Below are positions 34,240-43,483 of a stretch of 64,000 bases of DNA, in pieces. The notes under the pieces were generated by a model. That model saw nothing but the letters and a program-made list of their open reading frames with translations, made no database searches and was not told the origin of the DNA. The translations under genes were made by a program, and so were the position numbers. The stretch spans positions 4,756 through 68,755 of the forward strand of contig JAEULW010000160.1 in assembly GCA_016793505.1 (NCBI GenBank), written 5' to 3'. The stretch comes from Methylobacteriaceae bacterium (GTDB lineage: Bacteria; Pseudomonadota; Alphaproteobacteria; Rhizobiales; Beijerinckiaceae). Numbering within the stretch: the first letter of the stretch is position 1; the number at the start of each line of letters is the position of its first letter.

Positions 34240-35052
34240 TCAGGCCTGCAGCCATTTCGATTCAAGGCCGGCGAAGAAGCCCTCGATGCGCTTCAGCGTC
34301 ACCCAGGTGTTGACGTAATTGAGCCAGGTGACGTCGTCCTGCGGCACCACATAGGCGAAGGGGCGCTTGTTGCGCATCTCTGCGCCCGGCACGGTGACGG
34401 TCAGCTGATCGAAGCGCTTGGCGAGAGTCGAGGCCTCGACATTGCTGGTGATGGTGACGTCGGCGCGGCCCGCCAGAACCTCCTGGAAGCCGGTGGCCGG
34501 GGCCTGCACGGCGTTGATCGTCGCCTTGGGGAAATGCTGCTTGGCCTGATCGTGAAAGACCGTGCCCATGCTCACCGCGACGCGGACGCCCGAATCGTTG
34601 ATCGACTCCCATGTCTTGAACTTGCCGGCGTTCGCCTTGGACGCGAGCGGAACGGTGCCGGCCTCGAGATAGGGGACGCTGAAATTGACGGTGCGGGCGC
34701 GGCCCATCGCCACCGAGGCGCCGGAGAAAATGTCGAAGCGGTTGCCGGCGATGCCGGCGACCAGCGTCGCCCATTCGGTCGGCACCCATTCGACCTTGAC
34801 GCCGAGATCGGCGGCGAACTGCGTCATCGCCTCGATGTCGAAGCCGACATATTCGTTCGAGCCGGGATTGCGGAACGACATCGGATTGAAATCGCCCGTC
34901 GTGCCGATGCGCACGTTGCCGCGTCGCAGAACTTCTGCCAGACGCGAGGCGCCGGTCGGGGCGGGGGCGGCGGGAGCCTGAGCCTGCGCGCGCGTCGCGG
35001 CGACGGCAGCAGCGCCGACGAGAAGGGACTTGGCGAGATCGCGACGTTTCAT
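34240..35052 (-). CDS. Amino-acid ABC transporter substrate-binding protein (family 3)
   Basis: ATG 35052. Signal MKRRDLAKSLLVGAAAVAATRAQA. Family-3 SBP pattern (GFDIEA..., WDGLIAG-like segment). Confidence 0.8.
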   Translation of the reverse strand: MKRRDLAKSLLVGAAAVAATRAQAQAPAAPAPTGASRLAEVLRRGNVRIGTTGDFNPMSFRNPGSNEYVGFDIEAMTQFAADLGVKVEWVPTEWATLVAGIAGNRFDIFSGASVAMGRARTVNFSVPYLEAGTVPLASKANAGKFKTWESINDSGVRVAVSMGTVFHDQAKQHFPKATINAVQAPATGFQEVLAGRADVTITSNVEASTLAKRFDQLTVTVPGAEMRNKRPFAYVVPQDDVTWLNYVNTWVTLKRIEGFFAGLESKWLQA

Positions 35053-35096
35053 ACGCTCCTCCTGCTGGCGCGCTTGCGCCGGTTCGTTGATCTGTT

Positions 35097-35753
35097 TCAG
35101 CGACGTTCCGCCTGTACCGACAGAAAGCGCAACCGCGGCGTCAGCACCTTGTGGATGCCGTAGCGGATTTCCGCGTCGAGGCAGACGGAGTCGCCCTCGG
35201 CAAGACGGATTTCCTCGCGACCATAGCGATAAATGCTCTCGCCCTCCAAGACATAGATGAAGACGCAACCGTGCCCCGTATAGGTCGGCGGCGAGGTCTG
35301 TCCGGTGCGCTCGATTTCGACCAGCAGCGCCTCGAACTGCAGATCGAGGCGACGATGGAAGCCAAGCACGACGAAGGAATGGGCGTGCTGGCCCATCAGG
35401 CGCTTCGAGCGCAGGCCCTGACCCTTGCGCACATGGGTGAAGTCGGCGATCGGCGATCCGGCGTTCGAGAACAGGCTGGCGAGCGGCACTTCCAGCGCGC
35501 CGGCCAGCGCCTCGAGAATTCCGAGCGAGGGCGAAACCTGGCCGTTCTCGACGCGCGAGACCATGGCGGCTGAGATTCCGGCGCGCGCGGCCAGATCGCG
35601 CGCCGTCAGGCCGCGCAGCTCGCGAATCTCGCGCAGACCCCGACCAACGGCGGCGCTGACGCCGCCGGCGGCGCCGTGCTCGCTGGTCTCGAGCGCCGCC
35701 GCGCGGCCGACCGGGCGTCGGCCGGGCCGGCTCGCATCACCCGTCGGCGCCAA
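35097..35753 (-). CDS. XRE-family HTH regulator with a C-terminal cupin domain
   Basis: There is no in-frame ATG. TTG 35753 has GGAGGA 6 nt upstream and overlaps the upstream gene by 17 nt. HTH LRGLTARDLAARAGISAAMVSRVENG, with a cupin at the C-terminus. Confidence 0.7.
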   Translation of the reverse strand: MAPTGDASRPGRRPVGRAAALETSEHGAAGGVSAAVGRGLREIRELRGLTARDLAARAGISAAMVSRVENGQVSPSLGILEALAGALEVPLASLFSNAGSPIADFTHVRKGQGLRSKRLMGQHAHSFVVLGFHRRLDLQFEALLVEIERTGQTSPPTYTGHGCVFIYVLEGESIYRYGREEIRLAEGDSVCLDAEIRYGIHKVLTPRLRFLSVQAERR

Positions 35754-36843
35754 GTCCGATCCTCCGTTCCGGCCGATCGAATAGTGCGCGCAATTCGGGG
35801 CTGCGCTCAAGCACGGCCGCGACGCCGGGCGCCTGGTCGATGTCGATCCGCCCGTTGCGCCAGATGGCGAGGCCGTCGACAAGTATGGTCGGGTCGAAGA
35901 CGTTCCAGCAGATTTCGCCGGGCGCGTAGTCGCCGCATGTGTGGAAGTGCAGGATGCGCGGATTGCCGAAGGCGCAGCCGCTCCAGCGCTCGAAATTGTC
36001 CTCGATGCGGCCGTCAAAGGCGCAGGCGGGGTGGATGCCCGCATGCCAGGAATGAACGACGTCCGGGTCGATGCCGAATTCGTCGGCGACGCGCCGGTAG
36101 TGCGCCTCGACGCTGCGGCGCGCATCGGCCGGGCCCTCGAAACGCAACAGCCGGCCGGCCTCGAAATGCGCCTCGACCGGCTGCTCGAGCCGCAGCTGGT
36201 AAGGCTCGTAGTAGCGCGAGCCGGTGCCGAGCAGATACGGACCGAGCGCCACCTTGCCGGCGAAGCCGCGCGCATCGAGCGGGGCGAAAACCGTCATCGG
36301 GAAGCGCTGGATCGTCACGTCGGGCGGCTCGGCAGACTCCTGCGTCGGCAACGCGCCGCTGAAATCGGTGCCAAGCGGGCATGTGACGCGAATATGTCTT
36401 GCGCCGGCGAGAAGTTCGTTGAGCGCCGACTTGAGCGCCACGAAGCCCGTATAGGAGGCGCCGGCGAATTCGGAGGCGAAGCTGCGACGATCGACGGCGT
36501 AGCTGACGATCGGACGGCTGCCAGGCGGCATCGCGCAGAAGCGCAGCTGGTCGCCGAGCCGCGCCAGAAAAAGCGCATGATCGGCCTCGCCGAGCGCGCG
36601 GCGCACAGGCTCGCTCAACGTCGGATCGCGCGGCGCGAAGTCGACGCGCATCTGCCGCACGTCGAGCCCGAAGCCGGACATGGCCTCCGCCAACGCGTCG
36701 TGCAGGCCGGCTTCATAGAAGCCGAGCGCCGGATCCTCGTGAAAGATGACGAGTCTTTCGCCCGGCTGCGCGCCGGCGCATTCGACGAGCAGGTTGCGCA
36801 CCCCGCGTTCGAACGCCAATTGATCGGCCGCCCACGCCCCCAT
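35737..36843 (-). CDS. Peptidase-M29 / NicX-superfamily-like protein, function unknown
   Basis: 368 aa. By eye the architecture resembles aminopeptidase T / 2,5-dihydroxypyridine dioxygenase NicX (RVTCPLGTDF, HSWHAGIHP, HFHTCGDY). Weak recognition only. Confidence 0.4.
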   Translation of the reverse strand: MGAWAADQLAFERGVRNLLVECAGAQPGERLVIFHEDPALGFYEAGLHDALAEAMSGFGLDVRQMRVDFAPRDPTLSEPVRRALGEADHALFLARLGDQLRFCAMPPGSRPIVSYAVDRRSFASEFAGASYTGFVALKSALNELLAGARHIRVTCPLGTDFSGALPTQESAEPPDVTIQRFPMTVFAPLDARGFAGKVALGPYLLGTGSRYYEPYQLRLEQPVEAHFEAGRLLRFEGPADARRSVEAHYRRVADEFGIDPDVVHSWHAGIHPACAFDGRIEDNFERWSGCAFGNPRILHFHTCGDYAPGEICWNVFDPTILVDGLAIWRNGRIDIDQAPGVAAVLERSPELRALFDRPERRIGLGADG

Positions 36844-36867
36844 TGACCGACATCTCCCCCATGGTAC

Positions 36868-36883
36868 TGTTTACTAATAGACA
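36868..36883. promoter_or_regulatory. Imperfect 16-bp dyad (TGTTTACTAATAGACA) in a conspicuously AT-rich patch, within a divergent promoter region
   Basis: 12 of 16 positions are palindromic (TGT-N10-ACA). It lies between the M29-like/XRE operon (minus strand) and the Rieske oxygenase operon (plus strand). Confidence 0.3.
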
Positions 36884-36945
36884 AGAAATATACGCAGCCG
36901 CAACGGGCGGCGCGGCCGTCGGGCCGATCGGGCGAGGGCGGGGGC

Positions 36946-37977
36946 ATGTATCTGAGGAACTGCTGGTACGTCGCGGCATGGTCCAAGGACGTCGGCGCGC
37001 GGCTGACCGCGACGCGCCTGCTCGGCGAGAACATCGTTCTCTATCGCAGGGCGAATGGCGAGGTCGCCGCGCTGGAGGACGCCTGCCCGCATCGCAAGCT
37101 GCCGCTGTCGAAAGGCCAGCTGAAGGATGACCGGGTCGTGTGCGGCTATCACGGGCTGACGTTCGATGCGGGCGGCGTCTGTGTCGCAGCGCCGACGCAA
37201 GAGCGCATTCCGACCGGCGCACAGGTCCGACGCTATGCCGCGCTCGAGCGCTACGGCTTCGTCTGGCTGTGGATGGGCGCAGCCGAGTCGGCGGACGCCT
37301 CGCGCCTCGTCGACATTCCGAATTATGACGACCCGCGCTGGGGCCGGACCGCCGGCGGCGACATGGCGATCGCCTGCAACTATCTCTACATCACCGACAA
37401 TCTGCTCGATCCTTCACATGTCGCCTGGGTGCATCTGACGTCGTTCGCCGGGGCCAAGGCGGATTCGGCGCCATTGTCGATCGACGTCGGCGCCGAGGGC
37501 GTCACGGTGTGGCGCTGGATGATGGACGTCGCGCCGCCCGACTACTATGCGCCTCTGGTCAAATTTCGCGGGGCCTGCGATCGCAAGCAGCATTACGAGT
37601 GCCGGATCCCTTCGATCGGCGTGAACAAGTCGATCTTCGCTCCGGCCGGCCATGGCGGTCCGGACAAGTCGCTGCACGAGAAGACTTTCGTCAACATCTC
37701 TTACAACTTCATGACGCCGGTCGACGAGGACAACACGCTCTACTACTGGTTCCAGCATCGCAATACAGATCCGGAAGACGCGGCGATCTCCGAGTCGATG
37801 AACAAGGGCGCCTATATGGCCTTCAACGAGGACAAGGAGGTGCTGGAGGCGGTGCATCTGGGCATGAAGCATCGTACGACGCCCTATCTGGATCTCGGGC
37901 TGGACGCCGGCGCGCTACGCTTCCGTCGCCTTCTGAAGGCGCGGATCGAGGCCGAACAGGCTGCGGCGGCGGCGTGA
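36946..37977 (+). CDS. Rieske [2Fe-2S] non-haem iron oxygenase, VanA/DdmC-like (class IA O/N-demethylase type)
   Basis: MYLRNCWYVAAWSKDV...CPHRKLPLSKG...VCGYHG Rieske motif. 343 aa. Confidence 0.85.
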   Translation: MYLRNCWYVAAWSKDVGARLTATRLLGENIVLYRRANGEVAALEDACPHRKLPLSKGQLKDDRVVCGYHGLTFDAGGVCVAAPTQERIPTGAQVRRYAALERYGFVWLWMGAAESADASRLVDIPNYDDPRWGRTAGGDMAIACNYLYITDNLLDPSHVAWVHLTSFAGAKADSAPLSIDVGAEGVTVWRWMMDVAPPDYYAPLVKFRGACDRKQHYECRIPSIGVNKSIFAPAGHGGPDKSLHEKTFVNISYNFMTPVDEDNTLYYWFQHRNTDPEDAAISESMNKGAYMAFNEDKEVLEAVHLGMKHRTTPYLDLGLDAGALRFRRLLKARIEAEQAAAAA

Positions 37978-39038
37978 CGGCGAAGGAGGCCGACTGGCGC
38001 CCCTATCGCGTCATCGACCGCAAGGTCGAGTCCGAGACGATCGTCTCGCTCGATCTGGCGCCGGCGGATGGTTCGCCGCCGCCGCCCTTTCGCCCTGGCC
38101 AATATCTGACTTTCCGCTTCGCCGATCGCGCAGGCGCGCCGACGCAGCGCACCTACAGCATTTCCAGCGATCCGGCGGACGGGACGCGCCGGCGCATCAG
38201 CGTCAAGCGCGAGCCGGGCGGAGTCGGTTCAGGCCACATGCATGACAGGATGCCGCCCGGCGCGACGATCGAGACGCTCGCGCCCAAGGGCGCCTTCACG
38301 CTGGATGAGACATCGAACCGGCCGGTGATCCTGCTGGCCGGCGGCATCGGCGTCACGCCGCTGCTCGCGATGGCGCATGCGCTGGCGCGCACGGCGCGTC
38401 GCGCGACGCTCATCCATGCCTGCCAGAACGGCGCCGTTCAGCCTTTTGCGCGGGAACTCGGCGCGCTTGCCCGGGAATGCGCCAGCCTGCGCTACGCCGT
38501 GTGCCTCGCCGAGCCGACAGCCGCCGATCTCGCCGCGCGCGCTTTCGATTTTCAGGGTTTCGTGACACGCGAGATCCTTCAAGCGCTGCTGCCGATCGAC
38601 GACTACGAGGTCTATCTGTGCGGCCCGACGCCGTTCATGCGGGCGATGTTCACGCTGCTGACCTTGCTCGGCGTCGCCGAGCCGCGCATCGCCTATGAAT
38701 TTTTCGGCGCCGGGCAGTCGCTGCGCGCCGCCGACGTCTCCGCCGCGCCTGCAACGCCGCGCACCGGGGCCGCGCCGCAGGCCGACGGCGACATGGTGGT
38801 TTTCGCCCGGTCCGGGCTCTCTGTGCCCTGGGACGGCCGACATCGCAGCCTGCTGGAACTGGCCGAAGCGCATGGGCTGACGCCCGCCTTCTCCTGCCGG
38901 GCCGGGGTGTGTAGCACCTGCCTGTGCGAGATCGAGGGCCGCGTGCGTTATTTCGAGGAGCCGCTCGATATTCCCCCGGCCGGCCAGGCGCTGATATGTT
39001 GCTCGACGCCGGACGGACCGGTCACGTTGCAGATCTGA
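37974..39038 (+). CDS. Oxygenase reductase: flavin/NAD(P)-binding domain plus C-terminal plant-type 2Fe-2S ferredoxin (VanB/phthalate dioxygenase reductase type)
   Basis: GTG 37974 overlaps the upstream stop (GTGA). RTYSISS flavin motif, LLAGGIGVTP NAD motif, and the C-terminal CRAGVCSTCLC cluster. Confidence 0.85.
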   Translation: MTAKEADWRPYRVIDRKVESETIVSLDLAPADGSPPPPFRPGQYLTFRFADRAGAPTQRTYSISSDPADGTRRRISVKREPGGVGSGHMHDRMPPGATIETLAPKGAFTLDETSNRPVILLAGGIGVTPLLAMAHALARTARRATLIHACQNGAVQPFARELGALARECASLRYAVCLAEPTAADLAARAFDFQGFVTREILQALLPIDDYEVYLCGPTPFMRAMFTLLTLLGVAEPRIAYEFFGAGQSLRAADVSAAPATPRTGAAPQADGDMVVFARSGLSVPWDGRHRSLLELAEAHGLTPAFSCRAGVCSTCLCEIEGRVRYFEEPLDIPPAGQALICCSTPDGPVTLQI

Positions 39039-39061
39039 CGCCGGGGGAGGGGGCGCAACGG

Positions 39062-39907
39062 ATGACGAAGGCCGGACAGGGGAGCAGCCAATCGCTCTCG
39101 CCACGCGAAACGCGGGCGCGGCGCGCGCGGCGCGCCCGCGCGCTCGACGCTGCGCTGTTCGCCGCGTGTCTGGCGGCGCTCGCATGGATCGTGCTGCGCG
39201 GCGCGCAGGCGATGGGTTACAACTGGCAATGGTTCCGCGTGCCGCGTTATCTATGGCGCATCGTCGACGGCGAAGTGATCCTCGGCGCGCTGATCAAGGG
39301 GTTGATCGTGACGCTGCAGATTTCGGCGCTGGCGATGCTGTGCGCCGCCGCATTCGGTCTCGTCACGGCGCTGCTGCGCCTGTCGCGCAGTCCGGTCGGC
39401 CGCGCCCTCGCCTATGGCTACATCGAGATCGCGCGCAACACGCCGCTGCTGCTGCAGGTGCTGGTCTTCTATTTCATCATCGCCTACATCCTCGGCATCT
39501 CACGTTTCTGGGCGGGCGTTCTGTCGCTGGCCTTCTACGAAGGCGCCTTCGCCGCCGAGATCATCCGCGGCGGCGTTCTGGCGGTGCGTAAGGGCCAATG
39601 GGAAGCAGCGCGCTCGCTCGGGCTCGGACCGTTCGACACCTATCGCGACGTGATCCTGCCGCAAGCGCTGCCGCTGATGCTGCCGCCGATGGCGGGCGTG
39701 CTCGTCAATCTCGTCAAGCATTCCTCGATCGTCAGCGCGATCGCCATCTTCGATCTGACGACGGAGGGCCGCACCATCGTCGCCGACACTTTCATGGCGT
39801 TCGAGATCTGGCTGACGGTGGCCGGCATTTACCTTGTCATCACGCTGAGCCTGTCGCTGGCGGTGGCGGGGCTCGAGCGACGATACGGCTTCGCGCGCGG
39901 CCACTGA
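39062..39907 (+). CDS. Amino-acid ABC transporter permease
   Basis: EAARSLGLGPFDTYRDVILPQA EAA loop, with a long N-terminal extension. Confidence 0.8.
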   Translation: MTKAGQGSSQSLSPRETRARRARRARALDAALFAACLAALAWIVLRGAQAMGYNWQWFRVPRYLWRIVDGEVILGALIKGLIVTLQISALAMLCAAAFGLVTALLRLSRSPVGRALAYGYIEIARNTPLLLQVLVFYFIIAYILGISRFWAGVLSLAFYEGAFAAEIIRGGVLAVRKGQWEAARSLGLGPFDTYRDVILPQALPLMLPPMAGVLVNLVKHSSIVSAIAIFDLTTEGRTIVADTFMAFEIWLTVAGIYLVITLSLSLAVAGLERRYGFARGH

Positions 39908-39948
39908 CGGCGTGCGCGTCGGACCGACATCAAGAAGGAGGAGCACAA

Positions 39949-40794
39949 ATGAGCATCCCGAAGGTCTTCACGTCAGCCCTGTCCGGTCTCGTCGGCCTCG
40001 GCCTCCTCGCTGCGACGACGCTCGAGGCGAGCGCGCAGAGTGCGCCCGCGCCAGCCGCCCAGGGCAATCTCGTCGATACGATCAAGCGCCGCGGCAAGCT
40101 CATTGTCGGCATGGCGAGCTTCGTGCCCTGGGCGATGCGCGATTCGAAGAACGAGTGGATCGGCTTCGAGATCGACGTGGCCAAGAAGCTCGCTGCCGAC
40201 ATGGAGGTCGAGCTGGAACTCGTTCCGACCGCCTGGGACGGCATCATCCCGGCGCTGATTTCGAGCCGCTTCGACACCATCATCGGCGGCCTCAGCATCA
40301 CCGCGGCGCGCGCGATGCAGGTCAATTTCACGATTCCCTATTCGCAGTCGGGCACTGGCGTCGTCGCGAACAAGGAAAAGACGGCGAAGATGAAATGGCC
40401 GGCCGACTACAACAGCGCCGACGTGACCTTCACCTGCCGACGCGGGGCCTTGCCCTGCCGCTACATCGAGGCGACTTTTCCGAAGGCGACGATCCGGCAG
40501 TTCGACGACAACGCCGTGATGGTGCAGGAAGTGATCAACGGCACAGCCCACGCGAGCATCGGCAGCGAGCCCTTGCCGACCTTCTCCGTGTTGCAGAACG
40601 CGGACAAGCTGCACAAGCCGGCGGAAGGCTATCTCGCCACATCGACCGAGGGCTTTGCGATCCGCAAGGGCGATCCCGACGCGCTGGCCTTCTTCAACGC
40701 CTGGATCGCCGCGCATCAGGCGAATGGCTGGTTGAAGGGACGTCACGACTACTGGTTCAAGACACGCGACTGGGCGAGCCGCGTCGGTCAGTGA
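39949..40794 (+). CDS. Amino-acid ABC transporter substrate-binding protein (family 3)
   Basis: ATG 39949 follows AAGGAGGAG. Signal peptide ending EASAQ. GFEIDVAKKLA...WDGIIPALISSRFD. Confidence 0.8.
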   Translation: MSIPKVFTSALSGLVGLGLLAATTLEASAQSAPAPAAQGNLVDTIKRRGKLIVGMASFVPWAMRDSKNEWIGFEIDVAKKLAADMEVELELVPTAWDGIIPALISSRFDTIIGGLSITAARAMQVNFTIPYSQSGTGVVANKEKTAKMKWPADYNSADVTFTCRRGALPCRYIEATFPKATIRQFDDNAVMVQEVINGTAHASIGSEPLPTFSVLQNADKLHKPAEGYLATSTEGFAIRKGDPDALAFFNAWIAAHQANGWLKGRHDYWFKTRDWASRVGQ

Positions 40795-40810
40795 CGCAGC
40801 GCCGTCGCTC

Positions 40811-41725
40811 ATGATGACGCAGAGTCGGCCGGAAGAGGGGCGGGCGCCTCCGCTGCGCGCGCGGGGCGCCTTTTTTGGCTGGCTCGACATCGTGCTGCTC
40901 GCCGCAGCGCTGGTGGTCTGCGGCTATTTTGTCTGGCGCACCAACGTCCAGCTGCACTATCGCTGGAACTGGAGCGTGATCTGGCCATGGGTGGCGCGCT
41001 TCGAGGACAAGGAGGGCTTCGTCGCCGGTCCCATTCTCGTCGGCCTTGCGGTGACTTTGCGCCTCGCCGTCTGGGGCATCCTTCTGGCGACGATGATCGG
41101 CGTCGTCATGGGCTTTGCGCGCACCAGCCGGCGCCTGTTCTTCCGCCTCGTGGCCAGCGGCTATGTGATGCTGATCCGCAACATTCCGCCGCTGGTCTTC
41201 GTCTTTGTCTTCGTGTTCTTCATCACCAGCCAGGTCCTGCCCGCACTCGGCGTTTCCGAACGCGTCAAGGCATGGTCGCCTGCGACGCAATGGGTGGTCG
41301 AAGCCTTGTTCGGGCCGGTCGCGCGGCTCGAGAATTTTCTCGTCGGCCTTATCTGTCTGGCGGTGTTCACCGGCGCCTATGTCACCGAGATCGTCCGCGC
41401 CGGACTGCAATCGGTGCCGCGCGCGCAGATCGAGGCGGGCGAGAGTCTCGGCTTGTCGGCCTTCGACGTGCGGCGCTACGTCGTCTTCCCGCAGGCGCTA
41501 AAAAACGTCGTGCCGGCGCTGTCCAACCAGTTCATCCAGATGATCAAGGATTCCTCTCTGGTCTCGCTGGTGTCGGTGCAGGAGCTGGCCTTCATGGCGC
41601 AGGACATCCAGACTTCGACGCGCCGCGTCTTCGAGGTGCTTCTGTTCGTCGGGGCGCTGTATTTCATCATCTGCTGGAGTCTGTCGCTGCTCTTCGCGCG
41701 GCTTGAACACCGGAACCAGTCATGA
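40811..41725 (+). CDS. Amino-acid ABC transporter permease
   Basis: EAGESLGLSAFDVRRYVVFPQA EAA loop. Confidence 0.8.
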   Translation: MMTQSRPEEGRAPPLRARGAFFGWLDIVLLAAALVVCGYFVWRTNVQLHYRWNWSVIWPWVARFEDKEGFVAGPILVGLAVTLRLAVWGILLATMIGVVMGFARTSRRLFFRLVASGYVMLIRNIPPLVFVFVFVFFITSQVLPALGVSERVKAWSPATQWVVEALFGPVARLENFLVGLICLAVFTGAYVTEIVRAGLQSVPRAQIEAGESLGLSAFDVRRYVVFPQALKNVVPALSNQFIQMIKDSSLVSLVSVQELAFMAQDIQTSTRRVFEVLLFVGALYFIICWSLSLLFARLEHRNQS

Positions 41726-42741
41726 CGCGACCGCCGATCTCCTGCAGTATCGATCTTGAATCGCCGGGCAAACGCGTCGGTTTTCTGCGACTGGCATGGT
41801 CGGATGTCGAGAACGCCTATGGCGTTATTCCTGTGCCTATTGCGGTGGTGCGCGGCGGCGAGGGGCCGACGGGCCTCGTGACGGCCGGCGTGCATGGCGA
41901 TGAATATGAGGGCCTGTTGATCGCCCGCCGGCTGATCGCCGAGATCGCGCCCGCGGAGGTCGCGGGCCGGCTGATCGTCATGCCGGGAGTCAACTGGCCC
42001 GCCGTGCTCGCGCGGGCGCGCACCTCGCCGATCGATCAGCAGAACATGAACCGCGCCTTTCCTGGCGACGCGCAGGACGGGCCAACGGCGATGATCGCCG
42101 ATTTCATCGAGCGCGTGTTGCTGCCCGGCGTCGACGTGGCGATCGATCTCCATTCCGGCGGAACAAAGTCGATCTACAGCCCCTGCGGCTATGTCTATGG
42201 CATGGGCGCGCCGGCGTTCCGGGCGAACAAGCTCGCTGCGGCGCATGCTTTTGGCGCGCCGGCGACGGTGGTGGTGACGGCGACATCGTCGTCCGGTTCT
42301 TTGTCGAGCGCCTGCGAGCGCCATGGCGTGCCGATGGTGGCGACAGAGCTCGGCGGCGGCGCGCGGCTCGACGCCGGGGCCTTCCGCATCGGCCGCGACG
42401 GAACGCGCAATCTGCTGCGTCACGCCGGCGTGTTGCGCGGCGCGCCTGTCCCGACGCGCACTGCGCTGTTGCACACGCGGTCCGCAGAGTCTTTCGTCAT
42501 GGCGCCGATCGACGGCCTGTTCGAGCCGGCGCGCGGCCTCGGCGAGGATGTGGCGGCGGGCGCGCTCGCCGGCATGATCTGGCCGATGGATGATCTGGAG
42601 CGTCCGCCGGTCGAAGTTCCCTTCGCCGCCGCCGGCCGGGTGCTCTGCGTCCGCACCACCCCACTGGTGCGGCGCGGCGATTTCCTTTGTCACACCGGGT
42701 CGCCGATCGGCGACGTCGAATTCCTGGATGGGCTCGGATGA
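41722..42741 (+). CDS. Succinylglutamate desuccinylase / aspartoacylase-family (M14-like) deacylase, DoeB-like
   Basis: ATGA overlaps at both ends. GVHGDEYEG zinc motif, NMNRAFPG, DLHSGG. Confidence 0.7.
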   Translation: MTRPPISCSIDLESPGKRVGFLRLAWSDVENAYGVIPVPIAVVRGGEGPTGLVTAGVHGDEYEGLLIARRLIAEIAPAEVAGRLIVMPGVNWPAVLARARTSPIDQQNMNRAFPGDAQDGPTAMIADFIERVLLPGVDVAIDLHSGGTKSIYSPCGYVYGMGAPAFRANKLAAAHAFGAPATVVVTATSSSGSLSSACERHGVPMVATELGGGARLDAGAFRIGRDGTRNLLRHAGVLRGAPVPTRTALLHTRSAESFVMAPIDGLFEPARGLGEDVAAGALAGMIWPMDDLERPPVEVPFAAAGRVLCVRTTPLVRRGDFLCHTGSPIGDVEFLDGLG

Positions 42742-43481
42742 CCGATACGCCGATGATCGCGGTGCGAAGCGTCAACAAGTGGTTCGGCGCCTTTCATGTG
42801 CTGAAGGATGTCGATCTTGTCGTGCAGCGCGGCCAGAAGGTGGTGGTGTGCGGGCCGTCGGGATCGGGCAAGTCGACGCTGATCCGCTGCATCAACCGGC
42901 TCGAAGAGCATGACGAGGGCGAGATCATCGTCGACGGCATTCGTCTCGACGAAAGCCTCGAACACATCGCCGCGATCCGCCGCGAGGTCGGCATGGTGTT
43001 CCAGCAGTTCAACCTGTTCCCTCATCTCACCGTGCTGGAAAATTGCGTTCTTGCGCAGGTGCGCGCTCGCAAGACGCCGCGGGCGGACGCCGAGGCGCGC
43101 GCGATGCAATATCTGGCGCGAGTGCGCATTCCGGAGCAGGCGAGCAAGTATCCTGGCCAGCTCTCCGGCGGGCAGCAGCAACGCGTGGCGATCGCGCGTT
43201 CGCTGTGCATGGAGCCCAAGGTGATGCTCTTCGACGAGCCGACATCGGCGCTCGATCCGGAGATGATCAAGGAAGTGCTGGACGTGATGACGGACCTCGC
43301 CCAGTCCGGCATGACAATGATCTGCGTGACGCACGAGATGGGCTTTGCGCGCAAGGTCGCCGATCTCATGGTGTTCATGGATCACGGCCGCGTGGTCGAG
43401 TCCTCGCCGCCGGCCGAGTTCTTCGCCGCGCCCAGGTCGGACCGAACGCGGCAGTTTCTCGACCAGATCCTGTCACACTGA
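42738..43481 (+). CDS. Amino-acid ABC transporter ATP-binding protein
   Basis: Walker A GPSGSGKST, signature LSGGQQQR, Walker B MLFDEPTSALD. Confidence 0.9.
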   Translation: MTDTPMIAVRSVNKWFGAFHVLKDVDLVVQRGQKVVVCGPSGSGKSTLIRCINRLEEHDEGEIIVDGIRLDESLEHIAAIRREVGMVFQQFNLFPHLTVLENCVLAQVRARKTPRADAEARAMQYLARVRIPEQASKYPGQLSGGQQQRVAIARSLCMEPKVMLFDEPTSALDPEMIKEVLDVMTDLAQSGMTMICVTHEMGFARKVADLMVFMDHGRVVESSPPAEFFAAPRSDRTRQFLDQILSH

Positions 43482-43483
43482 AG

